Assembly (NCBI GenBank): GCA_039024555.1
Contig: JBCCQQ010000011.1
Coordinates: forward strand, 45,269 to 109,268
Origin: Cyanobacteria bacterium P01_D01_bin.156
Lineage (GTDB): Bacteria > Cyanobacteriota > Cyanobacteriia > Phormidesmidales > Phormidesmidaceae
Direction of reading: 5' to 3'
Length of the DNA stretch: 64,000 nucleotides
In this document: positions 47,901 to 59,164 of the stretch, piece after piece
How the letters are laid out: each line of letters opens with the position of its first letter
How positions within the stretch are numbered: position 1 is the stretch's first letter
Notes under the pieces: generated by a model
Databases searched by the model: none
Seen by the model: only the letters and a program-made list of their open reading frames with translations
What the model was told of the DNA's origin: nothing
Made by a program: the position numbers and the translations under genes

Positions 47901-48191
47901 GTCTTTGCTACCAAGGATCTTTGGGCAGAATTTGAGCTTAGTGTAGCTTGTTTTCAATTCATAGCTTCCGAAAAGAATCTTTAGCTTATGTTCGCTTTTC
48001 TCTTTTAAGAAGAAGAGTGCAATAAAAGAGATGGGCAACCGGAAGATTTTAACAAAGTCAACAAATATTTCCGAAAATTAGAAATGTCCAAATAGAGCTA
48101 TTGCTGATTCCAAAGATCAACCCATTCATAAAACCAGATACGGTTTGAATATGACAGACAAAATCATCCCGAGGATAAGCAATGCCGCAAT

Positions 48192-48223
48192 AAAAAAGCT
48201 GGCTCATGGAGTAGAGCCAGCTT
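48192..48223 (-). terminator. Rho-independent terminator of the ycf46 operon
   Basis: Minus strand AAGCTGGCTC-loop-GAGCCAGCTTTTTT, about 40 bp after the ycf35 stop. Confidence 0.8.
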
Positions 48224-48265
48224 AAACTTGCGTGGGAACGCGTATAGGAAGCAGTAACCTTTCTT

Positions 48266-48616
48266 CTACTGAAGGACTAGCTTTACGTTAGCGTTCTGAA
48301 GACCAGGGCGCTTAACTTCAGCTAGTGTGCGGTTAACAGCATACTTTTGGTTGATGGAGTTGATAAGCTCAGTCTGGTTGTGCTTCTTAGCAACACCCCA
48401 AAGGTCAGCAATCAGATCAAAGGAACCATCTGTGTTGCGAGACCAGCCTAGATCATACTCACCTTCTAGAACAGCTACGATGTCAGCACGTACACGCTGA
48501 CCGTTGTAACCGCGAACATCAGCATCAGTCTTAACGGAAATACCAAGGTCCTTTAGGGAAGAAGTAAGGATTTCAGATTCAGTGATCTTAGTGCGTAGAG
48601 TACTAAAGTGAGACAT
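48266..48616 (-). CDS. ycf35: DUF1257 / Ycf35 protein
   Basis: MSHFSTLRTKIT, VRGYNGQ, YDLGW, FDLIADLW. Confidence 0.88.
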   Translation of the reverse strand: MSHFSTLRTKITESEILTSSLKDLGISVKTDADVRGYNGQRVRADIVAVLEGEYDLGWSRNTDGSFDLIADLWGVAKKHNQTELINSINQKYAVNRTLAEVKRPGLQNANVKLVLQ

Positions 48617-48775
48617 TGTGTTTCCTCCAGTAGGAAAATGAGAGATTGAGAAGTGAAAAAACGCAAAGTCAATAGATTAACAAACCAATATTGATAATTT
48701 GCTAAGCCATTGCCTCAAAACTGCTAACCCAATAAGTTAGCCCCCTGCCAGGGAAAAGTCCCTAACAAAAGTCTG

Positions 48776-50287
48776 TCAAAACTCCATCCGCTGATATTCA
48801 GCGACGGATGAAGCCGCGGGACGAGCACGCTGTCGTGCCCAATCGCGAAGCGCTGTTACCTGTTCATTCATTGTCTTAGACAACGGTAACGTAGCCCGAA
48901 TGGCCGCAATTATATCGAGTTGGTTAAACTCGCGACCCTGGGCAAACGCCTCATACATTGCAGAAATCAAACCCTGTTCAATCTCCGCTCCCGAAAAACC
49001 TTCGCACACCTTTGTAAGCTGTTCGAAATCAAATCGTTCCACATCTCGACGACGCTTACTTAGATGAATCTTAAATATCTCTTTGCGTTCTTCTTCATTG
49101 GGTAGGTCAACAAAGAAGATCTCATCAAATCGCCCCTTCCGCAAAAACTCACTGGGCAGCCGCTCCACTCGGTTTGCTGTAGCCATGACAAATACCGGTG
49201 ATGTCTTCTCTTGCATCCAAGTCAAAAAACTACCAAATATGCGACTGGATGTGCCACCGTCAGAATCTGCAGACCCCGCTCCACCTGCAAAGGCTTTATC
49301 AATCTCGTCAATAAAGAGAATCGCCGGAGAAATAGATTCAGCAGTCCGCAGGGCACTGCGCAAATTAGCTTCCGAACGACCCACCATAGAACCGTCGTAT
49401 ACACGGCCAATATCTAACCGCAGCAGAGGCAACCCCCAGAGACGGGCAGTGGTTTTTGCAATCAGGGATTTACCACAGCCGGGCACGCCCAAAATTAACA
49501 TTCCCTTAGGTTGGGGCAGACCGTATTCACGGGCTCGCTCGGTAAAGGCATTGGAACGCTGCCGCAACCAGTGCTTTAATTCTTCTAAACCGCCCACTGA
49601 ATCGAGAGTTTCATCCTCTTCGATATATTCCAAAATACCGTTGCGACGGATGAGCTGTTTCTTCTCAGAAAGAACAATATCGACCTCAGACTCGGTTAGC
49701 TTCCCTGAAACCACCTTAGCCTTGCGAAATACTTTCTCAGCTTCATCCTCAGTCAGACCCAAGGCTGCCTTTAGAAGCTTCTCCCGGACGTCAGTAGTAA
49801 TGTTGTTGCCGACACCAGCCTTACCCAGCTCAGCGGTCAGCACCTGGTTGAGCTCACCCATGCTGGGCATATCAAAGTCTAAAACAACAACTTCCTTCTC
49901 TAACTCCACCGGAATTTCTTGAACCGGAGACATCAATATAATAGTCTTGTTTGTTCCTTTGAAACTTGCGATCGCATCCCGCAAACACCGCGTCACCGCC
50001 GGAGAATCCATAAATGGATGCAGATCCTTAAACAAGTAAATGCCCGGATCTTTCTGACGAATTGCCCAGTCTATAGCCGCTTCAGGAGATACCGTATTGC
50101 TGTTTTGAGAGCTGCGCGCTTGGCCATATTCCACAACACCATGGGTAACGGTCCAAGAAAACAACCGCCTCTGTGGGTGTTGCCGAGTAATCGCAGCCAC
50201 TGTTCGCTCGGCCCGCTCCTCCTCAAACGTGAGTAAGTAGATCAGAGGATATTGAGCTTTAACTAGAACCTCTAGCTCTTCCTTCAT
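48776..50287 (-). CDS. ycf46: Ycf46-family AAA+ ATPase
   Basis: AQYPLIYL.TFEEER, GVPGCGKS, LFIDEIDK, RKGRFDEIFFVDLP. Confidence 0.92.
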   Translation of the reverse strand: MKEELEVLVKAQYPLIYLLTFEEERAERTVAAITRQHPQRRLFSWTVTHGVVEYGQARSSQNSNTVSPEAAIDWAIRQKDPGIYLFKDLHPFMDSPAVTRCLRDAIASFKGTNKTIILMSPVQEIPVELEKEVVVLDFDMPSMGELNQVLTAELGKAGVGNNITTDVREKLLKAALGLTEDEAEKVFRKAKVVSGKLTESEVDIVLSEKKQLIRRNGILEYIEEDETLDSVGGLEELKHWLRQRSNAFTERAREYGLPQPKGMLILGVPGCGKSLIAKTTARLWGLPLLRLDIGRVYDGSMVGRSEANLRSALRTAESISPAILFIDEIDKAFAGGAGSADSDGGTSSRIFGSFLTWMQEKTSPVFVMATANRVERLPSEFLRKGRFDEIFFVDLPNEEERKEIFKIHLSKRRRDVERFDFEQLTKVCEGFSGAEIEQGLISAMYEAFAQGREFNQLDIIAAIRATLPLSKTMNEQVTALRDWARQRARPAASSVAEYQRMEF

Positions 50288-50347
50288 GGTGTTTTATCCT
50301 CTTACGCCGACCGACGACAACAACAGATCAACTAAGTCCAACACGCT

Positions 50348-50680
50348 CTAACAGGGAACCAACTCACCTTCATCAGACCGTACCGAGCTAGGCACAACAT
50401 CAGGAACCTCGCTTAGGGCCTCCACATGCAAATCACCGTGGGATTCAACAGCCATAAGATCATTATCTTTAAGCACTACAGCGGTGGCACAGGAAGGACA
50501 CTCATACACCAAATGGGCTGAACCCTGCACACCCTCAACCACATCAGAATGACTGAGATAAAACCCGATGGCCCGCTCGGCCAAAGTAGACATTGGCTCT
50601 CCGTCTACCGCGGCGCGAATCTTAAGCTGGCGGTGCAGGTCATCGTGCATATAGAGCGTGACCTTTTGCTTGCCTTGCAT
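50348..50680 (-). CDS. Conserved cyanobacterial protein (RHH-like N-terminus, CxxC), first gene of the ycf46 operon
   Basis: KQKVTLY...LHRQLKIRAAV.GE.MS.LAERAI.FYL and CPSC. Confidence 0.8.
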   Translation of the reverse strand: MQGKQKVTLYMHDDLHRQLKIRAAVDGEPMSTLAERAIGFYLSHSDVVEGVQGSAHLVYECPSCATAVVLKDNDLMAVESHGDLHVEALSEVPDVVPSSVRSDEGELVPC

Positions 50681-50906
50681 ATCAACCCTAACTAATAAAT
50701 ATCAATAAAACCTGGGGTCTAAACCCATGTCGTCACAATACAGATCCTATCCGGTGCCGTCAAGCCGCTATACCGCTATGTCGTCAAAATGTTTACATAG
50801 CTTTACATTTTGACGGCGTATACTCTCTTCAGATTTTTAGCAGGTTCTTGCTTGATATCAAAGGTCCTGGGACGTCTAAAATAATGCAGATGAATTCTCC
50901 GCAAGC

Positions 50907-53111
50907 ATGGCCACTGCATCCACCATGGCATCGTTTCCATCCTTAGAATCTGCCCTCAAGCACTTCTTTGGCTACGATGAGTTTCGCCATTACCAACGCA
51001 CCATTATTGAACAGGCCCTAAAGGGGCAGGATGTACTGGTGATTATGCCAACTGGGGGCGGTAAATCGCTTTGCTATCAGCTGCCAGCCCTGCTGCGTCT
51101 GGGAATAACTATTGTGGTGTCGCCTTTAATTGCCCTCATGCAGGATCAGGTGCGCAGCCTTGAGGACAATGGTATTGCAGCGACGTTTCTAAACAGTAGC
51201 CTATCCCTGGCGGACATACGGGAACGAGAAAAAGCTCTCCTCAGCGGCGATATTAAACTTTTATACCTAGCCCCTGAACGGCTAATGAGTCCTAATTTTT
51301 GGCCATTTATTGAGCAACTACAACAAACTATTGGCATTAGCAGCTTTGCCATTGATGAAGCCCACTGTGTATCGGAATGGGGCCATGATTTTCGCCCCGA
51401 ATATCGACAGCTATTTCAACTTAAGCAACAACTGCCCCAGGTGCCGATGATGGCCCTAACGGCTACAGCTACGGAACGGGTCCGTCAAGACATTAGCCAA
51501 CAGCTACGGTTGAAGGAGCCTCAGATATTTGTGTCGGGGTTCAACCGGCAAAATTTATACTATGAGGTCACACCAAAAACAAAGCAAAGCTACGACCATT
51601 TATTAAAGCGGGTAAAACAGCAAACAGGCTCTGGGATTATCTACTGCCTGAGCCGTAAGCGAGTCAACGAAATTGCCTTTCGTCTCAAGCAGGATGGCGT
51701 TGCTGCCCTGCCCTACCATGCAGGGTTAAGCGATCAAGAACGGCAGCACAACCAAGAACAGTTTATTCGGGACGACGTACGTATTATTGTGGCAACCATT
51801 GCCTTTGGCATGGGAATCAATAAACCCGACGTACGTTTTGTTATTCATTACGATTTACCCCGCACCATCGAAAGCTACTATCAGGAATCTGGGCGTGCAG
51901 GACGCGACAGCGATCCAGCAAACTGCACCGTCTTCTTCAGCTATGCCGATGTGGCTACGGTAGAATATCTGATCGCTCAAAAGTCCGATGAGCAGGAACA
52001 GCGCATCGCTCGTCAGCAGCTACGCCATGTGATTAACTACGCAGAAAGTGCCATCTGTCGTCGCAAAATTCAGCTCAGTTACTTTGGTGAAAATTTTCCG
52101 GGAGACTGCCAAAACTGCGATAACTGTCTCAATCCAGTTCCTGTAGAAGATTGGACCATCGAAGCACAAAAATTTCTCTCCTGTGTGGCCCGCTGTCAGG
52201 AACGGTTTGGCATGAATCACATTATTGATGTATTGAGGGGTTCTCGGAAAAAAAGAGTGATGGAACTGGGACACGATCAGCTCTCCACCTATGGCATCGG
52301 TCAGGACCATAGTGTGGATGAATGGCGGCAGCTGTGTCGTTCGCTGCTACACCAGGATTTACTCGCAGAAACCAACGATGGCTACTCCGTACTCAAATTA
52401 AATGATGGCAGCTGGCAGATCCTCAAAAAACAAATTCCGGTGCAAATCCATGTGGTTCACCGTGCAGAGACAGTTACCAAGACTGACGATACAATACAGC
52501 TCAGCGCCGAGGAAGCTGTTCTTTTGGAACAACTGCGACAGTTACGGAAGCGTTTGGCGGACGAACAATCCGTCCCGCCCTATGTAGTATTTGCTGATGC
52601 TAGTCTGCGGCAAATGGCCCAGCAGCGTCCCATCAGTACCCCAGCATTTGCCGCCATCTCTGGTGTGGGTAGACGCAAATTAGAACAATATGGCAAAACA
52701 TTTACGGAGGTCATCGAGACATTTTGTCGTTCCTATAATCTCACTCCAAATTCATCTATTTCCTCGGATACAGGGGCTTCCACATCATCCACCAGCGAAC
52801 TTACAGCCACCCACCTAACAACGCATTCTTTATTTCAGCAGGGATTATCCCTATCAGAAATTGCCATTGAGCGGGGGCTGCGCTTGGGCACAATTATTGA
52901 CCACATGGAGCGGTTAATTACGGCTGACTACGACATTGACTTAGGCAAACTAGTATCACCAGAGCGTCAGGTACCCATTTTCGAAGCGATTGAAAAGGTG
53001 GGTGCCCACTCCCTAAGAACAATTCGTGACGAACTGGGAGAAACATTTGACTACAACGAGATTCGTTTAGTCAGATCTGCATGGGAGCAGCAGCACAATA
53101 GTACTCAATGA
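50907..53111 (+). CDS. recQ: ATP-dependent DNA helicase RecQ
   Basis: MPTGGGKSLCYQLPA, DEAHCVSEWGHDFRP, QESGRAGRD, Zn-binding RQC, HRDC and C-terminal HTH. Confidence 0.97.
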   Translation: MATASTMASFPSLESALKHFFGYDEFRHYQRTIIEQALKGQDVLVIMPTGGGKSLCYQLPALLRLGITIVVSPLIALMQDQVRSLEDNGIAATFLNSSLSLADIREREKALLSGDIKLLYLAPERLMSPNFWPFIEQLQQTIGISSFAIDEAHCVSEWGHDFRPEYRQLFQLKQQLPQVPMMALTATATERVRQDISQQLRLKEPQIFVSGFNRQNLYYEVTPKTKQSYDHLLKRVKQQTGSGIIYCLSRKRVNEIAFRLKQDGVAALPYHAGLSDQERQHNQEQFIRDDVRIIVATIAFGMGINKPDVRFVIHYDLPRTIESYYQESGRAGRDSDPANCTVFFSYADVATVEYLIAQKSDEQEQRIARQQLRHVINYAESAICRRKIQLSYFGENFPGDCQNCDNCLNPVPVEDWTIEAQKFLSCVARCQERFGMNHIIDVLRGSRKKRVMELGHDQLSTYGIGQDHSVDEWRQLCRSLLHQDLLAETNDGYSVLKLNDGSWQILKKQIPVQIHVVHRAETVTKTDDTIQLSAEEAVLLEQLRQLRKRLADEQSVPPYVVFADASLRQMAQQRPISTPAFAAISGVGRRKLEQYGKTFTEVIETFCRSYNLTPNSSISSDTGASTSSTSELTATHLTTHSLFQQGLSLSEIAIERGLRLGTIIDHMERLITADYDIDLGKLVSPERQVPIFEAIEKVGAHSLRTIRDELGETFDYNEIRLVRSAWEQQHNSTQ

Positions 53112-53229
53112 GAAATTTGAGTTAAATGTAGTACAACTTGGAGCACATAGCTCACAACATCAATAAGCATTGCAAAATATACTCAATTTCCGACTTCGAA
53201 CCTAGCTAATATTACTCATTTAATGTCTT

Positions 53230-55476
53230 CTATTTCTTCCAATACTTACTAATTGGACTAAGTAATGATTCTTGCCAAGATGGCTCTTTAGCCGTTTGAC
53301 TATGACCATTGATTTTTTGAAATTCCTCCCCTGGAAGTCCTGACGGCTTTCTGTAGTAGTAATTATAGTAGTACTGTGACTCGTTTCCTTCTTGCCTAAC
53401 ACCATTGGCAACCATGCCAACAATGGGCAACTTAGAAATCGCTAGTTCGTCAATAACAGCATTAAATTGAGAGAAGGTAATATGCTCCAGACGAGCTGTA
53501 AGTAATAGACCTTGAGTCTTACCAGTAGCAATGAAGGCATCGGCGAAGCCTAGCAGAGGAGACGTATCAACAATAATCATGTCAAATTTTTGGCAGGCCT
53601 CCTGGAGCAATTGATCCATACGTTTTGATGTTAAAACTTGTACTGGATCAGGAGGGATAGTACCTGCTGGCAGCAAGTACAGATTTTCGTTTGCAGGCAA
53701 GTTAACAACAATATCGTCTAAACTCGCTCCGCCCAGAGCATAAGTTGATACTCCCTGGTCATTGGAAACATCGCAAAGGTGATGAAGTGTAGGCCGTCTT
53801 AGGTCGGCATCGATGAGTAATGTACGCTGTCCCATGGATGCATTAATATAGGCCAAATGGTAGCTGATCGTACTCTTGCCTGAATTAGGAATCGCAGAAC
53901 TAATAGTCAATGTCTTTAACGGTTTGTCTGGATGAATCAAACGTAAATTTGTAGACAGTCGCTTAAGGGATTCTAAAAAGGGAGTTGATTCAGAATTATC
54001 CTCATTAAATGCAAAATCCGTATTAAAACCCAATGCTCCCAGCTGATTCATAGCTAATGCTAGAGACTGACCATTTTCCAGAAGCTGACTGTGAGGAATG
54101 CTGCTCAACAATGGGATCTTGGTCAAGTCCTTGAGTTCTTTGACAGTATTGATTTTACCCTTTAATTTATCCCACGCGAGCGCAGCTCCTGCACCAAGCA
54201 TCACGCCCAACACCAAGCCTAACACCAAGTTTTGTTGGACACTAGCTGATGAAGCTCGAGGTACACTCGCAGGGGTTAGCAACTCCCATGGTGTCTGTCG
54301 TTGAGCAGCATCGATACGTAGCTCTTCTCGTTTGCTCAAAAACTGGTTAAGGTTTTCTGTGGCGATATTCAACTCGCGCTGAATATCATTATATTGACGA
54401 GCTACCGTAGACAGATCCTTAATTTCTTGATTTAAGATGTCGATGGTATTACTAAGGGCGAGATCTCTATCATTTAGTTCTCGAATTTGACTAGCAATTT
54501 GATCCTGTACTCGTATGCCCTCTTGTTCAATTATGGGCTGGAGGTTATTGCGATGATCTATAATGACATCAATTTCGGGACTGTCTTCTAGATATATACT
54601 CAGATCTGCAGCTATCTGACTGTCAAGCTCCGTCAGCCGGTCCAACAGTCCCTGATATCGTGAACTCTGCTGCAAAGCTGAGGTGGATGCTCTTTCCTCT
54701 CCTCTAGCTAATTCATTTGCAAGATCCTGATATAGAGCTTGAGCTTGTGAAATTTCCACCCTTAGGTCAAATTGCTGACTGCTGAACTTTGCAGCTTGTT
54801 GTGTTAGCTGCGTACCCTGTAATATTGGATCGATAAGATTATAATTTTGTCGCAATAATTCCAACTCAGATTCTAGTTCTTGTACCTTTTCCCTAGCAAT
54901 AGGAAGCTGTTCGTCGACAAACTTAATACCCCGAAAAACATCGTTCTGTCTATCTTCTAGGCTGTATCTAAGGTAAGCATCTAAGATGACATCAAGAACA
55001 CGCATAACCTTCTCAGAGGCCGTGTTCTTGTAAGCGACTGTCAATACAGTACCGTCATCACTTGGAACAAGTCCTAAATTAGCAACAATTTCATTATAAG
55101 AAATATCAGGATACTCTTGGTGTAGTTCATCTAAGACAGGATCAATTACCCGAGGACTCCGCAAAATTTTTAAGGTGGTTGCATCCACACCAGCTCCAGC
55201 AGAATTAGGAGCAAACTCAATCCTCTCAGATCCTAAGTTAGAGATAACTTGAGACTCTGGTGTCGCTATAGGAGTCAACAGTTCCAGCTGAGCTCGGAAA
55301 ATCGGCTCATCTGTGACAGCCTTCAGGACAGCCATGGATGCTGTCACTGTCGTGATTCCTGCAATTAAAAAGATCTGCCGCTTAAGTGTGGCAAATAAAT
55401 AGTCCAAACGTAGACCGCCCTCACGTTCTTGAGTTTCTAGAGGTGTACCTAGTGTAGGCAAACGTTGAGCGGTCAT
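53230..55476 (-). CDS. wzc: Polysaccharide co-polymerase / tyrosine autokinase (Wzc/GumC)
   Basis: Two TM helices around a coiled-coil, PNSGKST, LLIDADLRRP, IIVDTSP, C-terminal Tyr cluster YYYNYYY. Confidence 0.88.
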   Translation of the reverse strand: MTAQRLPTLGTPLETQEREGGLRLDYLFATLKRQIFLIAGITTVTASMAVLKAVTDEPIFRAQLELLTPIATPESQVISNLGSERIEFAPNSAGAGVDATTLKILRSPRVIDPVLDELHQEYPDISYNEIVANLGLVPSDDGTVLTVAYKNTASEKVMRVLDVILDAYLRYSLEDRQNDVFRGIKFVDEQLPIAREKVQELESELELLRQNYNLIDPILQGTQLTQQAAKFSSQQFDLRVEISQAQALYQDLANELARGEERASTSALQQSSRYQGLLDRLTELDSQIAADLSIYLEDSPEIDVIIDHRNNLQPIIEQEGIRVQDQIASQIRELNDRDLALSNTIDILNQEIKDLSTVARQYNDIQRELNIATENLNQFLSKREELRIDAAQRQTPWELLTPASVPRASSASVQQNLVLGLVLGVMLGAGAALAWDKLKGKINTVKELKDLTKIPLLSSIPHSQLLENGQSLALAMNQLGALGFNTDFAFNEDNSESTPFLESLKRLSTNLRLIHPDKPLKTLTISSAIPNSGKSTISYHLAYINASMGQRTLLIDADLRRPTLHHLCDVSNDQGVSTYALGGASLDDIVVNLPANENLYLLPAGTIPPDPVQVLTSKRMDQLLQEACQKFDMIIVDTSPLLGFADAFIATGKTQGLLLTARLEHITFSQFNAVIDELAISKLPIVGMVANGVRQEGNESQYYYNYYYRKPSGLPGEEFQKINGHSQTAKEPSWQESLLSPISKYWKK

Positions 55477-55618
55477 TTTAAGCTGCGTCCTTAACGCTTA
55501 TGGACATTATGGGTTTGAACCACTAGAGTAAACATCTTTGACTCGATGAAATGAGTCTGCAATTTTACAGCAATACCTTCAGCCTAAGTTATTTGAGCTA
55601 TCAATATCGATGCTATTA

Positions 55619-57112
55619 CTAATCAAATAATCGCAAAATAGTAGAGGGCAATGCAAAGATCGAGAAGGCTCTGCTGAGAGGAGCAGTAACCGTCTCTAGG
55701 GTATCAGATACCCTAGCTGAACCTGACCGTCGTACAACAACGATGTCATTGTTTTGCAACAGTGGATTACGTGCTGGATCAATGCCCACTGAGAAATCTA
55801 CTTCTATAGATGTTTTAGTTGCTGTTCCATCTGGGTTTAGGCGAATCAGTTCAACTGCTCGTCTAGTAGCCCGGTTATTGAAGCCACCAGCCGCTAAAAC
55901 CCCCTGACTCAGAGGAGTATTAGGAGATACCTGAACTCTGCCAGGACGATCCACTTCACCTACAATATTGACTTCAATGGTATCCGGGGCAAAGCTAGAT
56001 GTAACAATTTCTGCAACTTCATTGGGAGTCAGATCGTTAGACTGGGCGACCTCTATAGTGTCCCCTTCCTGTAAGACGATATCTTCTGTCAGATCTCCGT
56101 CTTGAAGCAATCGCCATAAGTTAACATCAATAGTCTGCTTTTGTCCTGAACGAGTTCTTCGATAAACTTTAATATTTTGAATATTAGCGCTAGGCGTAAT
56201 CCCGCCAGCTAATTGAATAGCTCGAGTAACTGTGGGGGCTATTTCTTCGGCACTCTGCCCTCTACCCACATCTCCTGCTTCCCCCGTACGAGCATTACCA
56301 CTTACCGTGTAGGGTCCAGGGCGAAAAACCTCGCCAATTACTGCAATATTAAGTGTGGTGTTCTCATCGGTTGAAAAATTAGCAGATGCAATCTGCCATG
56401 CTTCATGCCGGTCAAACTGCTCATTGGATGGAACAAAAATACTATCTCCATCTCGCAAAAATAAATCTTGGTCGAGATTACCTGTATCGAGAAAATCCTG
56501 AAGGTTCGAGACAAGTGTTTCCTCAGAATTACCAGATATAGATCGCCGAATGATAATTCGCCTAAAGTCAGCCGATTGAGTAATACCTCCGGCAACTGAT
56601 AAAGCATCCACTAAGGATGGAAATTGAGTGCCTTCGCGCTGCATGGTATAGATTCCTGGCTGACTAACTTCACCGGCCATCCCAATTCTCAAAGGCCGAG
56701 GCGATAGCAATGTGACATTAACGATCGGCCGACGCAATCGACTAGCATAGGCCCGAGCGATGGTTGCTGATGCTTGATCAATAGTCAACCCCCTCACAGA
56801 TATCTGGCCAATCATAGGTAGAAACAATAGACCGCCAGTTAAAACCTCGTACTCTCCGCTATACTGTGGCACTCGAAAAACATCGATGCTGATCTGGTCG
56901 CCTGCATCTAAAACGTATTGGCTCCAATATTGGTTTTGAGGTGGTGATGCCGCTTCATCAACAACAATATCCACCTGCTGAGCCACGGATGGAGAAGATG
57001 AATGCAATAGTAAGACCACAGAAAATATCGGTAAGCTAAAAAGCATCCCCTGGAAACGCAATAACATTAAACGCGAAGAGATATCAGCAAAAGCCATAAT
57101 TACTATGCTCAA
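55619..57112 (-). CDS. wza: Polysaccharide export protein (Wza-like, SLBB repeats)
   Basis: Y.LDAGD.I.I.VF, LPMIG, repeated GEV..PG and L.DGD.I motifs. The start codon is uncertain. Confidence 0.85.
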   Translation of the reverse strand: MSIVIMAFADISSRLMLLRFQGMLFSLPIFSVVLLLHSSSPSVAQQVDIVVDEAASPPQNQYWSQYVLDAGDQISIDVFRVPQYSGEYEVLTGGLLFLPMIGQISVRGLTIDQASATIARAYASRLRRPIVNVTLLSPRPLRIGMAGEVSQPGIYTMQREGTQFPSLVDALSVAGGITQSADFRRIIIRRSISGNSEETLVSNLQDFLDTGNLDQDLFLRDGDSIFVPSNEQFDRHEAWQIASANFSTDENTTLNIAVIGEVFRPGPYTVSGNARTGEAGDVGRGQSAEEIAPTVTRAIQLAGGITPSANIQNIKVYRRTRSGQKQTIDVNLWRLLQDGDLTEDIVLQEGDTIEVAQSNDLTPNEVAEIVTSSFAPDTIEVNIVGEVDRPGRVQVSPNTPLSQGVLAAGGFNNRATRRAVELIRLNPDGTATKTSIEVDFSVGIDPARNPLLQNNDIVVVRRSGSARVSDTLETVTAPLSRAFSIFALPSTILRLFD

Positions 57113-57773
57113 ATATGTAAAAACCCAGTTATCTAAATGCTATATTGCAATAATAACAATCGAGCAATATAAATGGAGCTACAGTCTGATTTAGCTACAT
57201 AGTCTCCCTTATGAGGTTTTATCAAGAGAACGGTAAGTTCAACATGGCAGCAAACCCAGACTAAAAAATTCACTTGTAAATTTAAATTATCTGCAAGCGC
57301 AAGATAGCAGAGAAAACACCAAATTAGATAACCTTAGAGCAGACATTATTATAAATATGTTGTCTATGCCTCCAGTATAAAGAACCAGATATGTCTACAT
57401 CCCGCAGGCCTAGTACACAACCATAGGAATGGTAAAGTTAGATTTTTTCGAAGAAGGCTTTTATCTATTCGTTTAAGGTACTTATTTCTATTGATTTTTT
57501 ATTTACCGAAAACTTCGCTTGCATAGCGTTATTTTCGAAAACATGTATTCAGCAATTTTCTTGGAAATAGTTATCACCATCAAAAGACTTTAACTATGAT
57601 GAATATCATAAAATACACAAAACTTGCCGTAGGACAAAATTCTGGTTGAGAACAATCGATATATTAAGGCATCCACAAGTGGATGCCCACACTAGTAACG
57701 CGATTTCTCAATATTGCCCAGATGAAATTTTCTAAGCTTCAATAATGGCAAGGGAATAACGATTGATAAAAAG

Positions 57774-58850
57774 CTAGGCGCTCAGACCAGCAAGGTCACG
57801 GCGAACCATTGCCTGTTCAATCGAGACAGGCCTATCTTCTTTAGTAGTATCTGAATAAATATTCAGAGCATTTAGATCTGCTTCCACCATAAGACTTACT
57901 AAACCAGTAAAGGTCACAGAAGGGCTCCATCCTAATACCTTATTTGCTTTACTAGGATCGCCAATCAATAAATCCACCTCAGCAGGACGTAGATATCGTT
58001 CATCAAATGCAACGAAATCTGTCCAGTCTAAATTAACATAGCCAAATGCTAGTTCTAGAAATTCTCGTACTGAGTGGGTTTCTCCTGTCGCAACTACATA
58101 ATCATCCGGGGCATCTTGCTGCAGCATTAGCCACATGGCTTTTACATAGTCTTTTGCATAACCCCAGTCACGTTTGGAGTCTAAATTACCCATATATAAT
58201 TTGCTCTGCTTACCTGCAACAATCCTAGCTACAGCTCGTGTGATCTTTCGAGTAACGAATGTTTCACCGCGTCTTGGAGATTCATGATTAAACAAAATGC
58301 CATTGCAGGCAAACATATTATACGACTCTCTGTAATTCACAGTTTGCCAATGGCCATAAACCTTAGCACAAGCATATGGACTGCGTGGGTAGAACGGAGT
58401 TGTTTCTGACTGGGGCACTGCTTGAACCTTGCCAAACATTTCTGAGGAACCCGCTTGATAGTAGCGCACTTCATTTCCTGTTCGATCTGAATAGTCGCGT
58501 AGAGCCTCCAACAACCTCAAGGTACCCATTCCAACCGCATCAACAGTATATTCTGGAGCGTCAAAACTTACCCTAACGTGAGATTGAGCGCCCAGATTGT
58601 AAACTTCATTTGGCTCCACCTCTTCTAAAATTCGTCGCAGTGTGGTGCCGTCAGTCAAGTCACCGTAGTGTAAAAAGAGGTTCGTTTCAGGTAAATGAGG
58701 ATCTTGATATACGTGATCGATACGGTCTGTATTAAACGTAGATGTGCGGCGAATGATGCCGTGAACCTCATAGCCTTTACCAAGTAACAGTTCGCTAAGG
58801 TAGGAGCCATCTTGCCCTGTAATCCCCGTCAATAGAGCTTTCTTAGTCAT
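57774..58850 (-). CDS. gmd: GDP-mannose 4,6-dehydratase
   Basis: [50 protein letters not shown]. Confidence 0.97.
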   Translation of the reverse strand: MTKKALLTGITGQDGSYLSELLLGKGYEVHGIIRRTSTFNTDRIDHVYQDPHLPETNLFLHYGDLTDGTTLRRILEEVEPNEVYNLGAQSHVRVSFDAPEYTVDAVGMGTLRLLEALRDYSDRTGNEVRYYQAGSSEMFGKVQAVPQSETTPFYPRSPYACAKVYGHWQTVNYRESYNMFACNGILFNHESPRRGETFVTRKITRAVARIVAGKQSKLYMGNLDSKRDWGYAKDYVKAMWLMLQQDAPDDYVVATGETHSVREFLELAFGYVNLDWTDFVAFDERYLRPAEVDLLIGDPSKANKVLGWSPSVTFTGLVSLMVEADLNALNIYSDTTKEDRPVSIEQAMVRRDLAGLSA

Positions 58851-59164
58851 ATTTTTACTCCTTTATGTATAAATTCATGAGTTGGGTCGACTACTATGCC
58901 GTTACTTATGCACAGTACAGCCTCATCCAACAGATTTTGTTAAGCATCACATTTTGCGCCTCACCTCATCATCCAAATCAGCAAACTTGTTTCTGCACCT
59001 TAGACAGCATTCTAAGCTGTAGAAAACAGATTGAAATACTACCAATTCATCCACCTAGTCATTGTGCATTTGCCAGTGATGTCACTAATGTTAACAACGA
59101 GAAAACTGATAAATAAATCACCAACATGCTCCCGTTTCCAATGTCCAGGACTCATCAGCGGCAT

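Noticed and set aside
49083..49922. 279-aa plus-strand ORF
   Set aside because: Antisense shadow of ycf46 with no recognisable motifs.
57113..57773. Missing GDP-fucose synthase (fcl) remnant after gmd
   Set aside because: No coding remnant was recognisable, only a short hairpin at 57668-57687; fcl may be elsewhere in the genome.
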